IMG/VR virus record: IMGVR_UViG_3300018405_000013
DNA from: an uncultured virus (IMG/VR IMGVR_UViG_3300018405_000013)
Taxonomy: Duplodnaviria; Heunggongvirae; Uroviricota; Caudoviricetes
Reading direction: 5' to 3' (one strand)
Length of the DNA stretch: 60,668 nucleotides
In this document: one piece after another, positions 36,046 to 45,833 of the stretch
Numbering within the stretch: the first letter of the stretch is position 1
Layout of the letters: each line of letters starts with the position of its first letter
Translations under genes and position numbers: made by a program
The notes under the pieces: model-generated
What the model saw: only the letters and a program-made list of their open reading frames with translations
Database searches by the model: none
What the model was told of the DNA's origin: nothing

Positions 36046-36096
36046 CTATTTTGTTCTAGTATCACCAAGAACCCAAAACTTTTCACAATTTCTCAC
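36046..36096 (-). CDS. 16-aa candidate AgrD-like peptide MRNCEKFWVLGDTRTK
   Basis: Strong RBS GGGAGGTG, GTG start; single Cys followed by EKFW; lies between sensor-like membrane gene and agrB. Confidence 0.5.
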   Translation of the reverse strand: MRNCEKFWVLGDTRTK

Positions 36097-36562
36097 TATA
36101 TCTACACCTCCCTTTATTTAAGTTTATTTTACAAAAATAAATAATTATGAATTCCATTATTTTAAATGGGATGCACATCATTAATTCTTTTGTTCCAAAT
36201 TTTGTTGAAAATACATCTATATTAAATAGTGTATTTAACGATATGGCTATAATAATTTCAATAACCATTACTAAGCATCCGACTTTTACGACGGACATAA
36301 TTGCTTTTTTAAGTTTTATATTAAATACTACTCCAAGTAATAATCCAGAATATAATATGAATATTATTTGAAATACCAATCCAAGCCATGATATAAAAGT
36401 ATATAACACGGCATTAATTATAGAAATACCAAAAAATGATAATATAAATTTCCTATAATTCTTTTCTAAGTTATTATCTAATATAAAATATGTTAAAATT
36501 ATTAATCCATCAAATACTGATGAAAAAATAAACATTGTTAAAATATTGTAAATGATGTTCAT
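36083..36562 (-). CDS. 5-TM membrane protein resembling AgrC-type sensor domain without kinase
   Basis: hydrophobic segments throughout; agrB context. Confidence 0.6.
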   Translation of the reverse strand: MNIIYNILTMFIFSSVFDGLIILTYFILDNNLEKNYRKFILSFFGISIINAVLYTFISWLGLVFQIIFILYSGLLLGVVFNIKLKKAIMSVVKVGCLVMVIEIIIAISLNTLFNIDVFSTKFGTKELMMCIPFKIMEFIIIYFCKINLNKGRCRYSEKL

Positions 36563-36579
36563 ACATACACACACAATCC

Positions 36580-36948
36580 CTATCTTTTTATTCTTTTTTC
36601 TTCTATATTCATAATTTCCTCTAATGCTTCATACATAACATTTTCCCCAAAAAATCTTATCCGAGCATTATTTTTATCTTTTTTTGATATATATTTTACG
36701 TTTTTTGTAGCTTTTGCTTCAAATAATAAGTTATAGCACATAAGTTCTGAATTTATTTGAATCAAATAACTAATTCCCAATTTTATTATAACACTATAAT
36801 CTCCAAATCCATCGTTAATAAAGTGATAGTTAGATTCTTTAATGCCAAAGTGGTCAAAAAGTTTAATGAAATAATCTTCATTGTTCTTTATAGAATTTCT
36901 CTTTAACCATAGGGAAATTTGTAAGTCTTTGTAATTAAAATCTCCCAA
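36580..36948 (-). CDS. hypothetical protein (agr-like cassette)
   Basis: RBS AAGGAGTG, TTG start. Confidence 0.65.
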   Translation of the reverse strand: MGDFNYKDLQISLWLKRNSIKNNEDYFIKLFDHFGIKESNYHFINDGFGDYSVIIKLGISYLIQINSELMCYNLLFEAKATKNVKYISKKDKNNARIRFFGENVMYEALEEIMNIEEKRIKR

Positions 36949-36952
36949 GCTA

Positions 36953-37330
36953 TCACTCCTTCTTATCTAAAACAATCTTATTCGTAATATTACCGCATTT
37001 AATTAACTGGTCAAATTGACACTCTGTTTGATTTAAATGCACGTTATTCAACTTAATCATATCATTAAGCATAGATTCTATTGTTGCTATTTTTTCTTCT
37101 TTCTCAACTATCGTTTTAATAATTTTCCTATTATCTATAATGAAGTAAAACAGAATAAGTATTAAAAATAATACTATTAAACTGAACACTATAAAAAATC
37201 CAAACATATTTTGTTTAAAAATAAGTTCTGCCCTGTTATAAAATTTTATAATATAATACAACAAGGATGATATTACAACAATAGAACCTATGATTGCTGG
37301 AATTGTCACGTATTTACCAAATCTACCCAT
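36953..37330 (-). CDS. 2-TM + coiled-coil protein (agr-like cassette)
   Basis: RBS AAGGAG; sigma-A promoter TTGACA(37399-37394)-17-TATAAT(37376-37371). Confidence 0.7.
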   Translation of the reverse strand: MGRFGKYVTIPAIIGSIVVISSLLYYIIKFYNRAELIFKQNMFGFFIVFSLIVLFLILILFYFIIDNRKIIKTIVEKEEKIATIESMLNDMIKLNNVHLNQTECQFDQLIKCGNITNKIVLDKKE

Positions 37331-37418
37331 ATGACATATCTCCTTTCTATAATATTTCTTTGTATAATATATTATATCATAGATAAGGTATTTTGTCAAG
37401 TATTTTTAATAATTTATT

Positions 37419-37577
37419 TTATTTTATTTTATATCCAGAGAATACTGCCGTAGAACCTTCTAATATATATATTAAATCACCAATATACATATATTCTCTT
37501 CCATCTTATGAAATTCCACTATTAACCCATTCTACGGTTTCGCCGCCATTATCGGCTCCAGATAGTAACACATCCAT
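37419..37577 (-). pseudogene. small ORF with internal TAA
   Basis: RBS GGAGG; MDVLLSGADNGGETVEWVNSGIS*DGREYMYIGDLIYILEGSTAVFSGYKIK*, stop at 37506-37508. Confidence 0.5.
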
Positions 37578-37598
37578 AATTATACCTCCAATAAATTA

Positions 37599-38288
37599 TT
37601 AAAATATACCATTAATGAGGCAAGTTCCTCTTATTATTTGTGAGGCCGTTGCCGTCCCAACTGGAATTTTTAAAATTACATGAAGATATGTTCCGGCTTC
37701 TATCATAATTGGTGCATCTAAATTTATATCTATTGGACTAGCAACCAGCACTAACCGCAAATGTTTGTATACTAAGCGGAATACTTCTTGCCGATCTTGT
37801 TCCACCTGTTGCGCTATCTGCTGTTTCCAATGATACACCAGTAGAACCAACTCCAAGATGTTTCTGTCATTTCACCACCAGTTATAACTAACACATTTGA
37901 ATTGGTGGCTGCCGATGTATTTGTTATTCCAATAACCTTATTTATATCCGATGATACAATATTGCTTGCATAATCAACTTTGTCGCCAGATATAATTTTT
38001 ACTACACGATTTCCGCTTAAATTTGTATTTGCAATTTTAGTAACAGAATTATCATTTTTTGAATTTATTGTTACTTTATTTAAATTTGAATCTACATCAA
38101 AAGTTGTATTTTCGCCAGAATTAAATTCAGTATTACCTTCAAGTGTTACGTTATTGAATTTAAAATCACCATCAACATCTCATTTTTTGACTTTGGACGC
38201 CGACGTCTGATACCATTACATTATTATTGGTGCTTGATACAATTATTTTTGAACTGTTATTATTAAAAACTACGATACTATCACTCAT
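37599..38288 (-). pseudogene. decayed virion-protein genes (frameshifts/deletion junctions)
   Basis: Consecutive protein-like segments in shifting frames: MSDSIVVF...DVGVQ / DVDGDFKF...NLSGNRVV...GEMTETSWSW / GVGSTGVSLETAD...IQTFAV / PIDINLDAP...GTATASQIIRGTCLING. Confidence 0.6.
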
Positions 38289-38644
38289 ATTGCAGTCACC
38301 GAAATAATATTATTTATATTTCCATATAACAAAACGGTTCCATTGCCATTCGAATCAATTAAGAATAGATCATATATGTATTTTTGTCCAGTTAAAAGTC
38401 TTGTTTGACTTGATTTGATCGTAATAACAATCTTTCCTTCATTGGGCGTAATAACTATACCACCATTGGTATTAGATGATAAATCAATAACTGGTTCAGT
38501 ATTTATATCAGTTCTTATGCACATTCTGCTTGTATATCCGGTTAAATTTATAACTGTGCCATTAGAGTCTTTCCATATAACCTCTCTTGTAAACATTTCT
38601 CCCTGATATGTTTCTAATGTATTTTTTGAAGCCAAATTTTTCAC
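38285..38644 (-). CDS. virion-associated beta-sandwich protein
   Basis: YQGE.F......D..G..INLTGY..RM.IR...YIYDL pattern typical of phage tail-region proteins. Confidence 0.7.
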   Translation of the reverse strand: MKNLASKNTLETYQGEMFTREVIWKDSNGTVINLTGYTSRMCIRTDINTEPVIDLSSNTNGGIVITPNEGKIVITIKSSQTRLLTGQKYIYDLFLIDSNGNGTVLLYGNINNIISVTAI

Positions 38645-38648
38645 CCCT

Positions 38649-38981
38649 TTATTTATATAAATGTGAAGTTTTTAAAAATTTTAATACATGAAACCAATTT
38701 GTAAAACTTCTCTTTTCAATGTGAAATTTAATTTTTCCAGTATTATTTTGCGCTAAATTATAATGTTTTAAATATATCTTGTCATCATTTTTAACAAAAC
38801 ATACATATATATGTCCATTCACATTTACTTCTAACTCGCAAGGAACATCCTCCCATTCTCTGGTATTTGGATTCCTTATATAATCGTATATTGTTTTAAT
38901 ATTCATATTGAAATATTTTTCATTAGTTTGTAAAATCATATCAATATTATCTTTAACCTTATTGTGAAATATTTTATTCAT
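38649..38981 (-). CDS. hypothetical protein
   Basis: ORF. Confidence 0.55.
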   Translation of the reverse strand: MNKIFHNKVKDNIDMILQTNEKYFNMNIKTIYDYIRNPNTREWEDVPCELEVNVNGHIYVCFVKNDDKIYLKHYNLAQNNTGKIKFHIEKRSFTNWFHVLKFLKTSHLYK

Positions 38982-39289
38982 TAAGCATATCAATTCACCC
39001 CTTCTCTTTATTATCATCGATCATAATTATTAATTCTTGACATACCCTGTTTTCGTTAATAATCCAATTAGAATATTTTTTTATATGTTTTTTTATTAAA
39101 AAATATATAATCCAAATATTAATAAGAAATATAGTTAATAATATTATATTAATATAATTATAAATATTAAATCATTCCTTTCCATTGGTATTTATATAAT
39201 AATCAAATTTAATTTGATTTTATTGTCAATATTATAATAAACCGTGTAAATATTAATATCTACACGGTTTATAAATGTGATATATAGAA

Positions 39290-39526
39290 CTACTTCTTTT
39301 CTTCAATCTGTTTGTCACTAATTCCAGGAGTAGTTGGGTCTACCAATACACCAACAGTAGCTAAAACATTAATTGCAATACCAACAATCTGAACGATCTG
39401 GTCTTGTGAAATAGATGTTGTAATACCTAAGATTCCAAGAATCTGGTATGCAAATGTTACTACACATGCAATAAGTGCTGCAAACACAGTTTTGTTTTTA
39501 AATCTTGATTTCAAATCAATTTTCAT
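39290..39526 (-). CDS. holin (phi LC3-like family)
   Basis: MKI.LK.RFKNK, 2 TM, G.LVDPTTPGISD. Confidence 0.88.
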   Translation of the reverse strand: MKIDLKSRFKNKTVFAALIACVVTFAYQILGILGITTSISQDQIVQIVGIAINVLATVGVLVDPTTPGISDKQIEEKK

Positions 39527-39532
39527 AGTCAA

Positions 39533-40207
39533 TTACCTCGCTAATCTTTCTAACATTGTGATAACTTGTTCTCTTGTAATATATCCATGTGGATTACTAC
39601 CATCTGTTATGCCATCTTTTTTTGCCTTTTCCCAAGCATCTTTTGCCCAAGTAGATGGTGTGCTATTGCTGTTATTTAATATTTCATTAATAACATCTTT
39701 AACGACCTGTCTTGTTTCTGCTTCAGTCAAATCCTCTACCTCCTTTTTAGTAACTATTGGCTGTATATTTTGAAGATATGGTAAAGGGTCAATATAACCC
39801 CTACTATCTTCTGTGGATTTTGAAAAATCTGAACATATTGCAAAATGCAAATGCACAGGAATTTTCAATTTATCAGTATTGGAACTGTTGCCCATAATTC
39901 CTAAAATGGTGCCAGATTTTACAGAGGTTCCAATGCCAATAGTGCATTTAGATTTCATATGTTGATATAGTGTTTGGAAGCCATTGTGTTGAATTACAAC
40001 AAACCAGCCCCTATAATCATTCCAATCATTATATTTCACAGTTCCATCAGCAACTGAAAATATATTTGTTTGTGATTTAGAAAAATCACGACCTAAGTCA
40101 ACACCATGATGAAAAGTTGATGCACCTTTTATTCCAGTGTCCCTTTTACCATATTTACTTGTAACACGAAAAGGTAATACTGGTGAATGCGTTAATTGTA
40201 TTGACAT
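39533..40207 (-). CDS. endolysin: M23 peptidase + C-terminal SLH-like cell-wall-binding motif
   Basis: FHHGVD, Y.H, HLHF; WAKDAW.KA...GITDG..P...ITREQV..ML. Confidence 0.88.
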   Translation of the reverse strand: MSIQLTHSPVLPFRVTSKYGKRDTGIKGASTFHHGVDLGRDFSKSQTNIFSVADGTVKYNDWNDYRGWFVVIQHNGFQTLYQHMKSKCTIGIGTSVKSGTILGIMGNSSNTDKLKIPVHLHFAICSDFSKSTEDSRGYIDPLPYLQNIQPIVTKKEVEDLTEAETRQVVKDVINEILNNSNSTPSTWAKDAWEKAKKDGITDGSNPHGYITREQVITMLERLAR

Positions 40208-40294
40208 TAAAAATCATCTCCTTTCTATAATATAATATTTATATTATTTTATTAATATACCTGTGACATTGTTCCGCTTGAATTCTTATAATAC

Positions 40295-40666
40295 TTACCA
40301 GCTATTAAACCTCCGGTTTTTTGCGGATGCATTATCTGCAAAAGCCATTAGTAAATTGTATGTTCTTGATTGTGTCGCAAATCTTACGATTACAATACCA
40401 GAACCGCCATTGCCACCAGTTGCAGAAGAGGAACTTGTTTCACCGCCACCGCAGATACAAATGGAATGAACTGATGTTACGCCCTTTGGAACCGTGAATG
40501 CTGAACTTCCGAATGTTAAATATTTAAGAATTGTTTTCCAGCTTACGGATACTCTGTCTATAATAGCGTTTCCACTTACAATTCCGTCGTCTATAATTTC
40601 ATTCATACTTGAACCAGAAAGCATACTAAATTTAGATTCTGGTATTCCATTTGTAAATTTTGCCAT
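40295..40666 (-). CDS. short, probably internally deleted glycine-rich tail protein
   Basis: FTVPKGVTSV....GGG joined almost directly to GGNGGSGIVIVRF (cf. full-length 48686..49885). Confidence 0.55.
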   Translation of the reverse strand: MAKFTNGIPESKFSMLSGSSMNEIIDDGIVSGNAIIDRVSVSWKTILKYLTFGSSAFTVPKGVTSVHSICICGGGETSSSSATGGNGGSGIVIVRFATQSRTYNLLMAFADNASAKNRRFNSW

Positions 40667-40726
40667 TTATATCAACCATTTCAGACATAAAGATAAGAAT
40701 AAAACATCTGTGTAAAATATATGATT

Positions 40727-41845
40727 CTAAATATCACTCCATGTTCCAATCATATTTGTAACAAGCCATACATTTCCTACTGATTGTATTTCTATATAAT
40801 TTCCAATAGTATTACTTTGAATATTAGAAACAGAAGTTCCGCTAACCATAATTGCGCCAGATATTCTCAACATATTAGCCGAATTAACGTAAAACGAATA
40901 CTTTAAACCAGATTCTACTGTTGGAAGTGTAAAAATTGTAGTTGCGGTTGCCCCTGTATTTAAAAATATTGCTAAATTATCACTTTTTACAATAGTATAA
41001 TCAATAGTTTTTGCAATTTCTTTAACAGATGGTGTATTTTTTTGTATTATAGCCCAATTTGCATCAGTAGTTCCAGGTATATTAACTTTTGCGAATATTA
41101 AATCACCGGCTTCGACCTGTGTTGAATTTAAAACACCATCTACACTTACATACCAAGCATCACCCTTTTCTATGGCACCACTTGCCCCACTTCCACCTGT
41201 GCTTGGGTAAACATTAGACGATGCATCGTAATCACCACGCAAATCAAGTAGTCCACTAACAGCCCTGTTAATTTCATTTTTTACAAAAGCAGTAGATGCA
41301 ATCTGTTGGGTATTTGTTCCGGCGGTTGCCGTAGGGACTAATGGTGTTCCAGTAAATGTTGGCGACTCCCTCCAGAACCCAAGTATACTTGCATGAATCC
41401 ACCCATCTTCATCAAATACTATAAATGCCGTCATTTCTTCTGGTATTGTTATTAATGTTCCACCAGTATTATCTATGTCATTAGTGGTATCTCCATCACA
41501 TGAAACACCGCCGCCCCAACCAGCACCAATAGTAACTGGTAGGGCAATTCCAGAATAATTAAATAAATAGAAGCATCCAAATTTAAAATTAGAATTTACT
41601 TTAAAATCATCTGCATTCATAGACACAGAGGTTACGCCGTTTTCGGCCTGAACCTCCTTATTAACGCACGATATATATGTTATTGCATTTGCGCCTGCGA
41701 TTTCAAGTCTAACCTTTCCACCAACGCTACCGCTACTACTTAATGCGTCTACTAATCCTGCATTATTAGAACTACTATCATAAACAAGAAATTTATCACC
41801 AGTTGACAATTCTATATTTGGTAATGTATTAATTAATTTAGCCAA
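40727..41845 (-). CDS. tail fibre-like protein
   Basis: SPTFTGTP.VPTA..GTNT.QIASTAFV repeat; G.YDASSN.YP...GD.W. Confidence 0.78.
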   Translation of the reverse strand: MAKLINTLPNIELSTGDKFLVYDSSSNNAGLVDALSSSGSVGGKVRLEIAGANAITYISCVNKEVQAENGVTSVSMNADDFKVNSNFKFGCFYLFNYSGIALPVTIGAGWGGGVSCDGDTTNDIDNTGGTLITIPEEMTAFIVFDEDGWIHASILGFWRESPTFTGTPLVPTATAGTNTQQIASTAFVKNEINRAVSGLLDLRGDYDASSNVYPSTGGSGASGAIEKGDAWYVSVDGVLNSTQVEAGDLIFAKVNIPGTTDANWAIIQKNTPSVKEIAKTIDYTIVKSDNLAIFLNTGATATTIFTLPTVESGLKYSFYVNSANMLRISGAIMVSGTSVSNIQSNTIGNYIEIQSVGNVWLVTNMIGTWSDI

Positions 41846-41878
41846 TTTATATCACTCACTTTCTTAATAAAATCTAAA

Positions 41879-42199
41879 CTATTCATTTTTGAATACGATA
41901 TAACTACCATCACTATCTGCAATTGTTTCATATATTATCGGGATATGAATTGTGTTGGAACGGGATGCATCAAGTGTTTCAAAAATATCCCTGTTAACAT
42001 TACTCTGTCCAGAAAGCCCTTCAACCCATGAAGATGAATTATGATCGTAATGAAATATCTTTTTTGTAGTATTGTTAAACCAAAATTCAAAACCAATCGC
42101 AGGCGCAGAAGTTGGATTAACAGACGATTCTATAATTGAAACTTTTTTAGACCAAGTAGAGTCTAGCCAAGCATTAAGTTGTTCTAAAGTCATACTCAT
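41879..42199 (-). CDS. virion-associated hypothetical protein
   Basis: P..GFEFWFNNTT motif; RBS AAGGAG. Confidence 0.65.
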   Translation of the reverse strand: MSMTLEQLNAWLDSTWSKKVSIIESSVNPTSAPAIGFEFWFNNTTKKIFHYDHNSSSWVEGLSGQSNVNRDIFETLDASRSNTIHIPIIYETIADSDGSYIVFKNE

Positions 42200-42242
42200 C
42201 GTTTAATTCTCCTTTCTATTACAATATAAAAACAATTTATTA

Positions 42243-45200
42243 TTAAGTTTCTTCAATAATTATTGTTATATTATTTTCATTATTATAATAGTAATTTGCC
42301 AATATATTTACTGGTGGCAATGTTAGTGTTGTGCCAGTAATATTATAGTCGCCAGCATTAGTAGGTGTAGTAACATTATTTCTACATAAAGTATATGGCG
42401 AAGTTGAATTTATTTGAGCTGATATTTTAACATTATTAATATTTGTTATTTTAGGAATTGTTACAGTATTCTCTGGATATGTTAAAGTGTATGTTTGAGG
42501 AACAAATCCATTTACATAATAATCCTTACTTATTGAAACAGTTTTATCAGATAATGTTGTAGAATTTAATAAAAATCCATATGCGTTGTTTGCATCTGTA
42601 TTTATTTCATCTAATGTAGCGGAAATATCTATGACAACACTATCTGTAAATTCATTTTGTGGTATCGGTGGATCTATTGTTATTGTTCCAATATCATATA
42701 AATTCCATAATGTTTGAATCATATTTGGCTGTGTTAACTTAGCATTAAATCTACCAGTTTCTCCTCCACGAATCCTAAATTTAAAATCTAATGATTCTTG
42801 AGTATATAACGCTCCCATATCTACAATTTTAACTACTATATTATTTGTTATAATGGCACCATTATGTGCGTTTCTTATTGTATATTTAACATTGGGCGTT
42901 GTTAAATTACTATAGTGTATACCTTGTGACATATTTTTTGCAACAGTGATTGTCTTAGTTCCACTATAAGTTGGTGCAGAATATGAACTATCCACGGAAG
43001 TTATTGTGCTATTAATTTCTGAAAGTATAGACTCTATAGTTATGTCCCTAACATAATCTTGGCAGTATGTAATATTTAATGGAATTTCTGCCTGTTCTAA
43101 TAATTTAATTGCACCTTGTTCGCTTTCGCCATTATATTTAATTGTTCCAACTGTGCAGGTGGGCAACACATCATTGCATGTCACTGTGTTATCACTAACA
43201 TACCAATTAGACCAAGAGCCATTAACACTTCTAACACGAACCCTTACGTGTTGCTGTGTATCACCAGAAGTAGAATTTGTATCAGCTACCATATATGGAA
43301 CAACCATTCCTGGATTATTTGAAACATCCCATATATTATGTATATTTTTTGTTCCGGCTTCAAAATCGTCGGTTTCAACTCTATCAAAATCAATATCTGC
43401 CACCACACCAAGGAAGGCGATATCATCCTTTTTTAATGCAGTTTGATGTATTGTGGTTGCACCAGTCCAAGTTAAAAATGGATATATATTTGATAATGTC
43501 ACTGAACTTATAACGGGTTTATTAAGTTTAATAATCGGCGTAATATGTTCAAAATTTCCTAAATTACATGTCAAGCTGTCTAATGAAGATATATCTACTG
43601 TTACCGTATTTATATATTCATTTCCAACCTTGCTATCATATGTTGTTATATCAACATCGCAACAGTTTGGACGTCCTTGGTATACTGTGTTAGCCCTCCA
43701 AGTAATGGTAACCTTAAGACTTGTTGCATCGGTAGATAGGCTTTTAACGACCTTATTTTCTGTTGAGTCATTCCATATTATATTAAGCGCATCATCAGTA
43801 TTTACTTTCTCTATATTTGTTATAAACACACTATTAAGCTGCTCATTTGTAGCTACCTTTTCCCAAATATCCTCTTTTGCAAGCAATATTATTTTTGGTA
43901 TTTTAGTCCCCAAAACACCAACTAATGTCGCCGACTTACTAAAACTCAATTCAAACCTATATGTATAATCTTTACTCATGTATACGCTTCCAACAGTCTC
44001 TCTGAGATTAAAAGTTTGTTCTCCGGCTGTGGTAGCTAAACTCCAGCAATTCTTATCTATAGAAAATTTAAACGCATCACTATCTTCACCATTTTCCCAA
44101 TGACGAACGCCTGTCGTCTCGTTTATTATTCTTAGTTTAACTTGAGTTCCAGCTACCGAAGTAACATTTTCTACCTTAATATTATCTAATCTTATGTTTT
44201 TACTAGGGCGATATCCAGATATCGCAAATGATTCGCCGCTAATATTTGATGTAGAGTTCCCGGCCGTGTCGAAATAATCATCCCCATCATAAGATACCCC
44301 GACGCCATCGCTAGTAGTTTGTAACCAAATACGTTTATTGTTGCTATTATTATCACCAACTAAAAGGTCATCGTCGCCACTCCATCTTAATGCAGCAAAA
44401 TATTTACCATCATCATCTTTTTTTCTTAATATAGCCAACTGGTCGTTAAAGATTTCTTTAGTTGACCATTCTTGTGTGGCCAAAGTTTCATAGTTAAATA
44501 TTTTTCCTCCAAGTTCTATATATGGTATAAAAACATTGGTTCCCCCAATATGACCTTTTAGCTTTACTGGGTTGCTAAAATTAAATTGAACTTTTGTGGA
44601 AACATTACTTAAAATAGGTCTTGGTGAAGTAAATGTAACAGTGTTCAATCCAGAATGACATAGTAACGACGTATTTGCCGAAGGATTATTTAAAGCGCCA
44701 ATATATCCAGATAGTGATACATTTTCAACCAACATATAAGAACTTCCATCTTCTAATAATAATTCGATCGCAACTCTGCAAATGGTATTCGTAGGAGGTT
44801 CCTCTTCTAATTCAAATGATAATGTTTCATTTACAAAGTTAATGGTTGTTCGTCTATCGTAATGCATTTCGTCATATTCTCTAAATGTATTGTTGTCATT
44901 TGGTGGAATATATGTTACGGCGGTGTTGCTAAATGGCGTAACGAGTCTTGCTGACTTATTTCCAGCCAATGCTATGTTCCCATCCATATTTCCTAATATA
45001 AGACCTTTTAAATCACTTGTTATACGCGTAAGATCATATCTTTTATTATCATATGGTGATTGGAAAAATAGTCCACCGGATGATTTATTTATTATAAAAT
45101 CATCTGTAGTTAACGATCCTATTTGTGAAACAAAATTCCACGTTAGTGGCTGATCCGTAGCCGCCATATCGTAAATCTCATAATCCAATTTATGATTGGT

Positions 45201-45353
45201 CGTATTCTTAACTAATCTCCAGTCATATTGAACTGGAGTAGTTTTATATGATTTCAATAATACGCCAGTATTAAATTCTGCTTCTGATACGGGCGAAAAT
45301 GTGGTTGAGGCTATATCCATAGCCATTCCTCTTGCGATTAAATCTATAGCCAA
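42243..45353 (-). CDS. large (1036 aa) beta-rich virion/tail-associated protein
   Basis: long ORF, Thr/Ser/Asn-rich, tail-module context. Confidence 0.7.
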   Translation of the reverse strand: MAIDLIARGMAMDIASTTFSPVSEAEFNTGVLLKSYKTTPVQYDWRLVKNTTNHKLDYEIYDMAATDQPLTWNFVSQIGSLTTDDFIINKSSGGLFFQSPYDNKRYDLTRITSDLKGLILGNMDGNIALAGNKSARLVTPFSNTAVTYIPPNDNNTFREYDEMHYDRRTTINFVNETLSFELEEEPPTNTICRVAIELLLEDGSSYMLVENVSLSGYIGALNNPSANTSLLCHSGLNTVTFTSPRPILSNVSTKVQFNFSNPVKLKGHIGGTNVFIPYIELGGKIFNYETLATQEWSTKEIFNDQLAILRKKDDDGKYFAALRWSGDDDLLVGDNNSNNKRIWLQTTSDGVGVSYDGDDYFDTAGNSTSNISGESFAISGYRPSKNIRLDNIKVENVTSVAGTQVKLRIINETTGVRHWENGEDSDAFKFSIDKNCWSLATTAGEQTFNLRETVGSVYMSKDYTYRFELSFSKSATLVGVLGTKIPKIILLAKEDIWEKVATNEQLNSVFITNIEKVNTDDALNIIWNDSTENKVVKSLSTDATSLKVTITWRANTVYQGRPNCCDVDITTYDSKVGNEYINTVTVDISSLDSLTCNLGNFEHITPIIKLNKPVISSVTLSNIYPFLTWTGATTIHQTALKKDDIAFLGVVADIDFDRVETDDFEAGTKNIHNIWDVSNNPGMVVPYMVADTNSTSGDTQQHVRVRVRSVNGSWSNWYVSDNTVTCNDVLPTCTVGTIKYNGESEQGAIKLLEQAEIPLNITYCQDYVRDITIESILSEINSTITSVDSSYSAPTYSGTKTITVAKNMSQGIHYSNLTTPNVKYTIRNAHNGAIITNNIVVKIVDMGALYTQESLDFKFRIRGGETGRFNAKLTQPNMIQTLWNLYDIGTITIDPPIPQNEFTDSVVIDISATLDEINTDANNAYGFLLNSTTLSDKTVSISKDYYVNGFVPQTYTLTYPENTVTIPKITNINNVKISAQINSTSPYTLCRNNVTTPTNAGDYNITGTTLTLPPVNILANYYYNNENNITIIIEET

Positions 45354-45443
45354 AATTAATCAACTCCTTATTATAAAATTATTTAAATAATAACTATTCT
45401 ACAATAATTCATAAACACTTTGATACAAATATTTTGGCTATAC

Positions 45444-45785
45444 CTAATCAACTATGGCGCCCCTTATGGTTAAATCGCCATTAGCAATACTAATTATTCT
45501 TACTCTTGCTTTACTAATGCCCTCTAAACTCATTTGCCACATTGTATCATTGGCTGTGCAGTTTGTATTCATAGCTAATGTTGTCAAATTTGCACATCTA
45601 ACAGCCTTCCAAACTCCGTCTGGGAAAACCAATACCTCAAAAATTGTGTCAAAAGATGTTGATGTGCCAGAAAAATCAATATTCATTAACATATTATTTT
45701 TGTTTACAATTAATTCGGCACCATTACCAATAACAGTTGATGCGTTTTGAAAAGTAATAACTTTCTCTCTATTATTACTACCCAT
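45444..45785 (-). CDS. virion-associated hypothetical protein
   Basis: RBS AAGGAG; beta-rich. Confidence 0.65.
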   Translation of the reverse strand: MGSNNREKVITFQNASTVIGNGAELIVNKNNMLMNIDFSGTSTSFDTIFEVLVFPDGVWKAVRCANLTTLAMNTNCTANDTMWQMSLEGISKARVRIISIANGDLTIRGAIVD

Positions 45786-45833
45786 TTTATATCACTCCCT
45801 TCTTCTTCTATAAACAAAATTGAATAAATATAA

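Noticed and set aside
1128..37399. Recurrent CTTGTCAAG-like sequence as a repressor operator
   Set aside because: Most copies checked are the -35 box of minus-strand sigma-A promoters with a -10 box 17 bp away.
37506..37508. Stop-codon reassignment
   Set aside because: Long genes are intact under code 11 and end in TAA/TAG/TGA; no suppressor tRNA; this stop lies in a decayed region.
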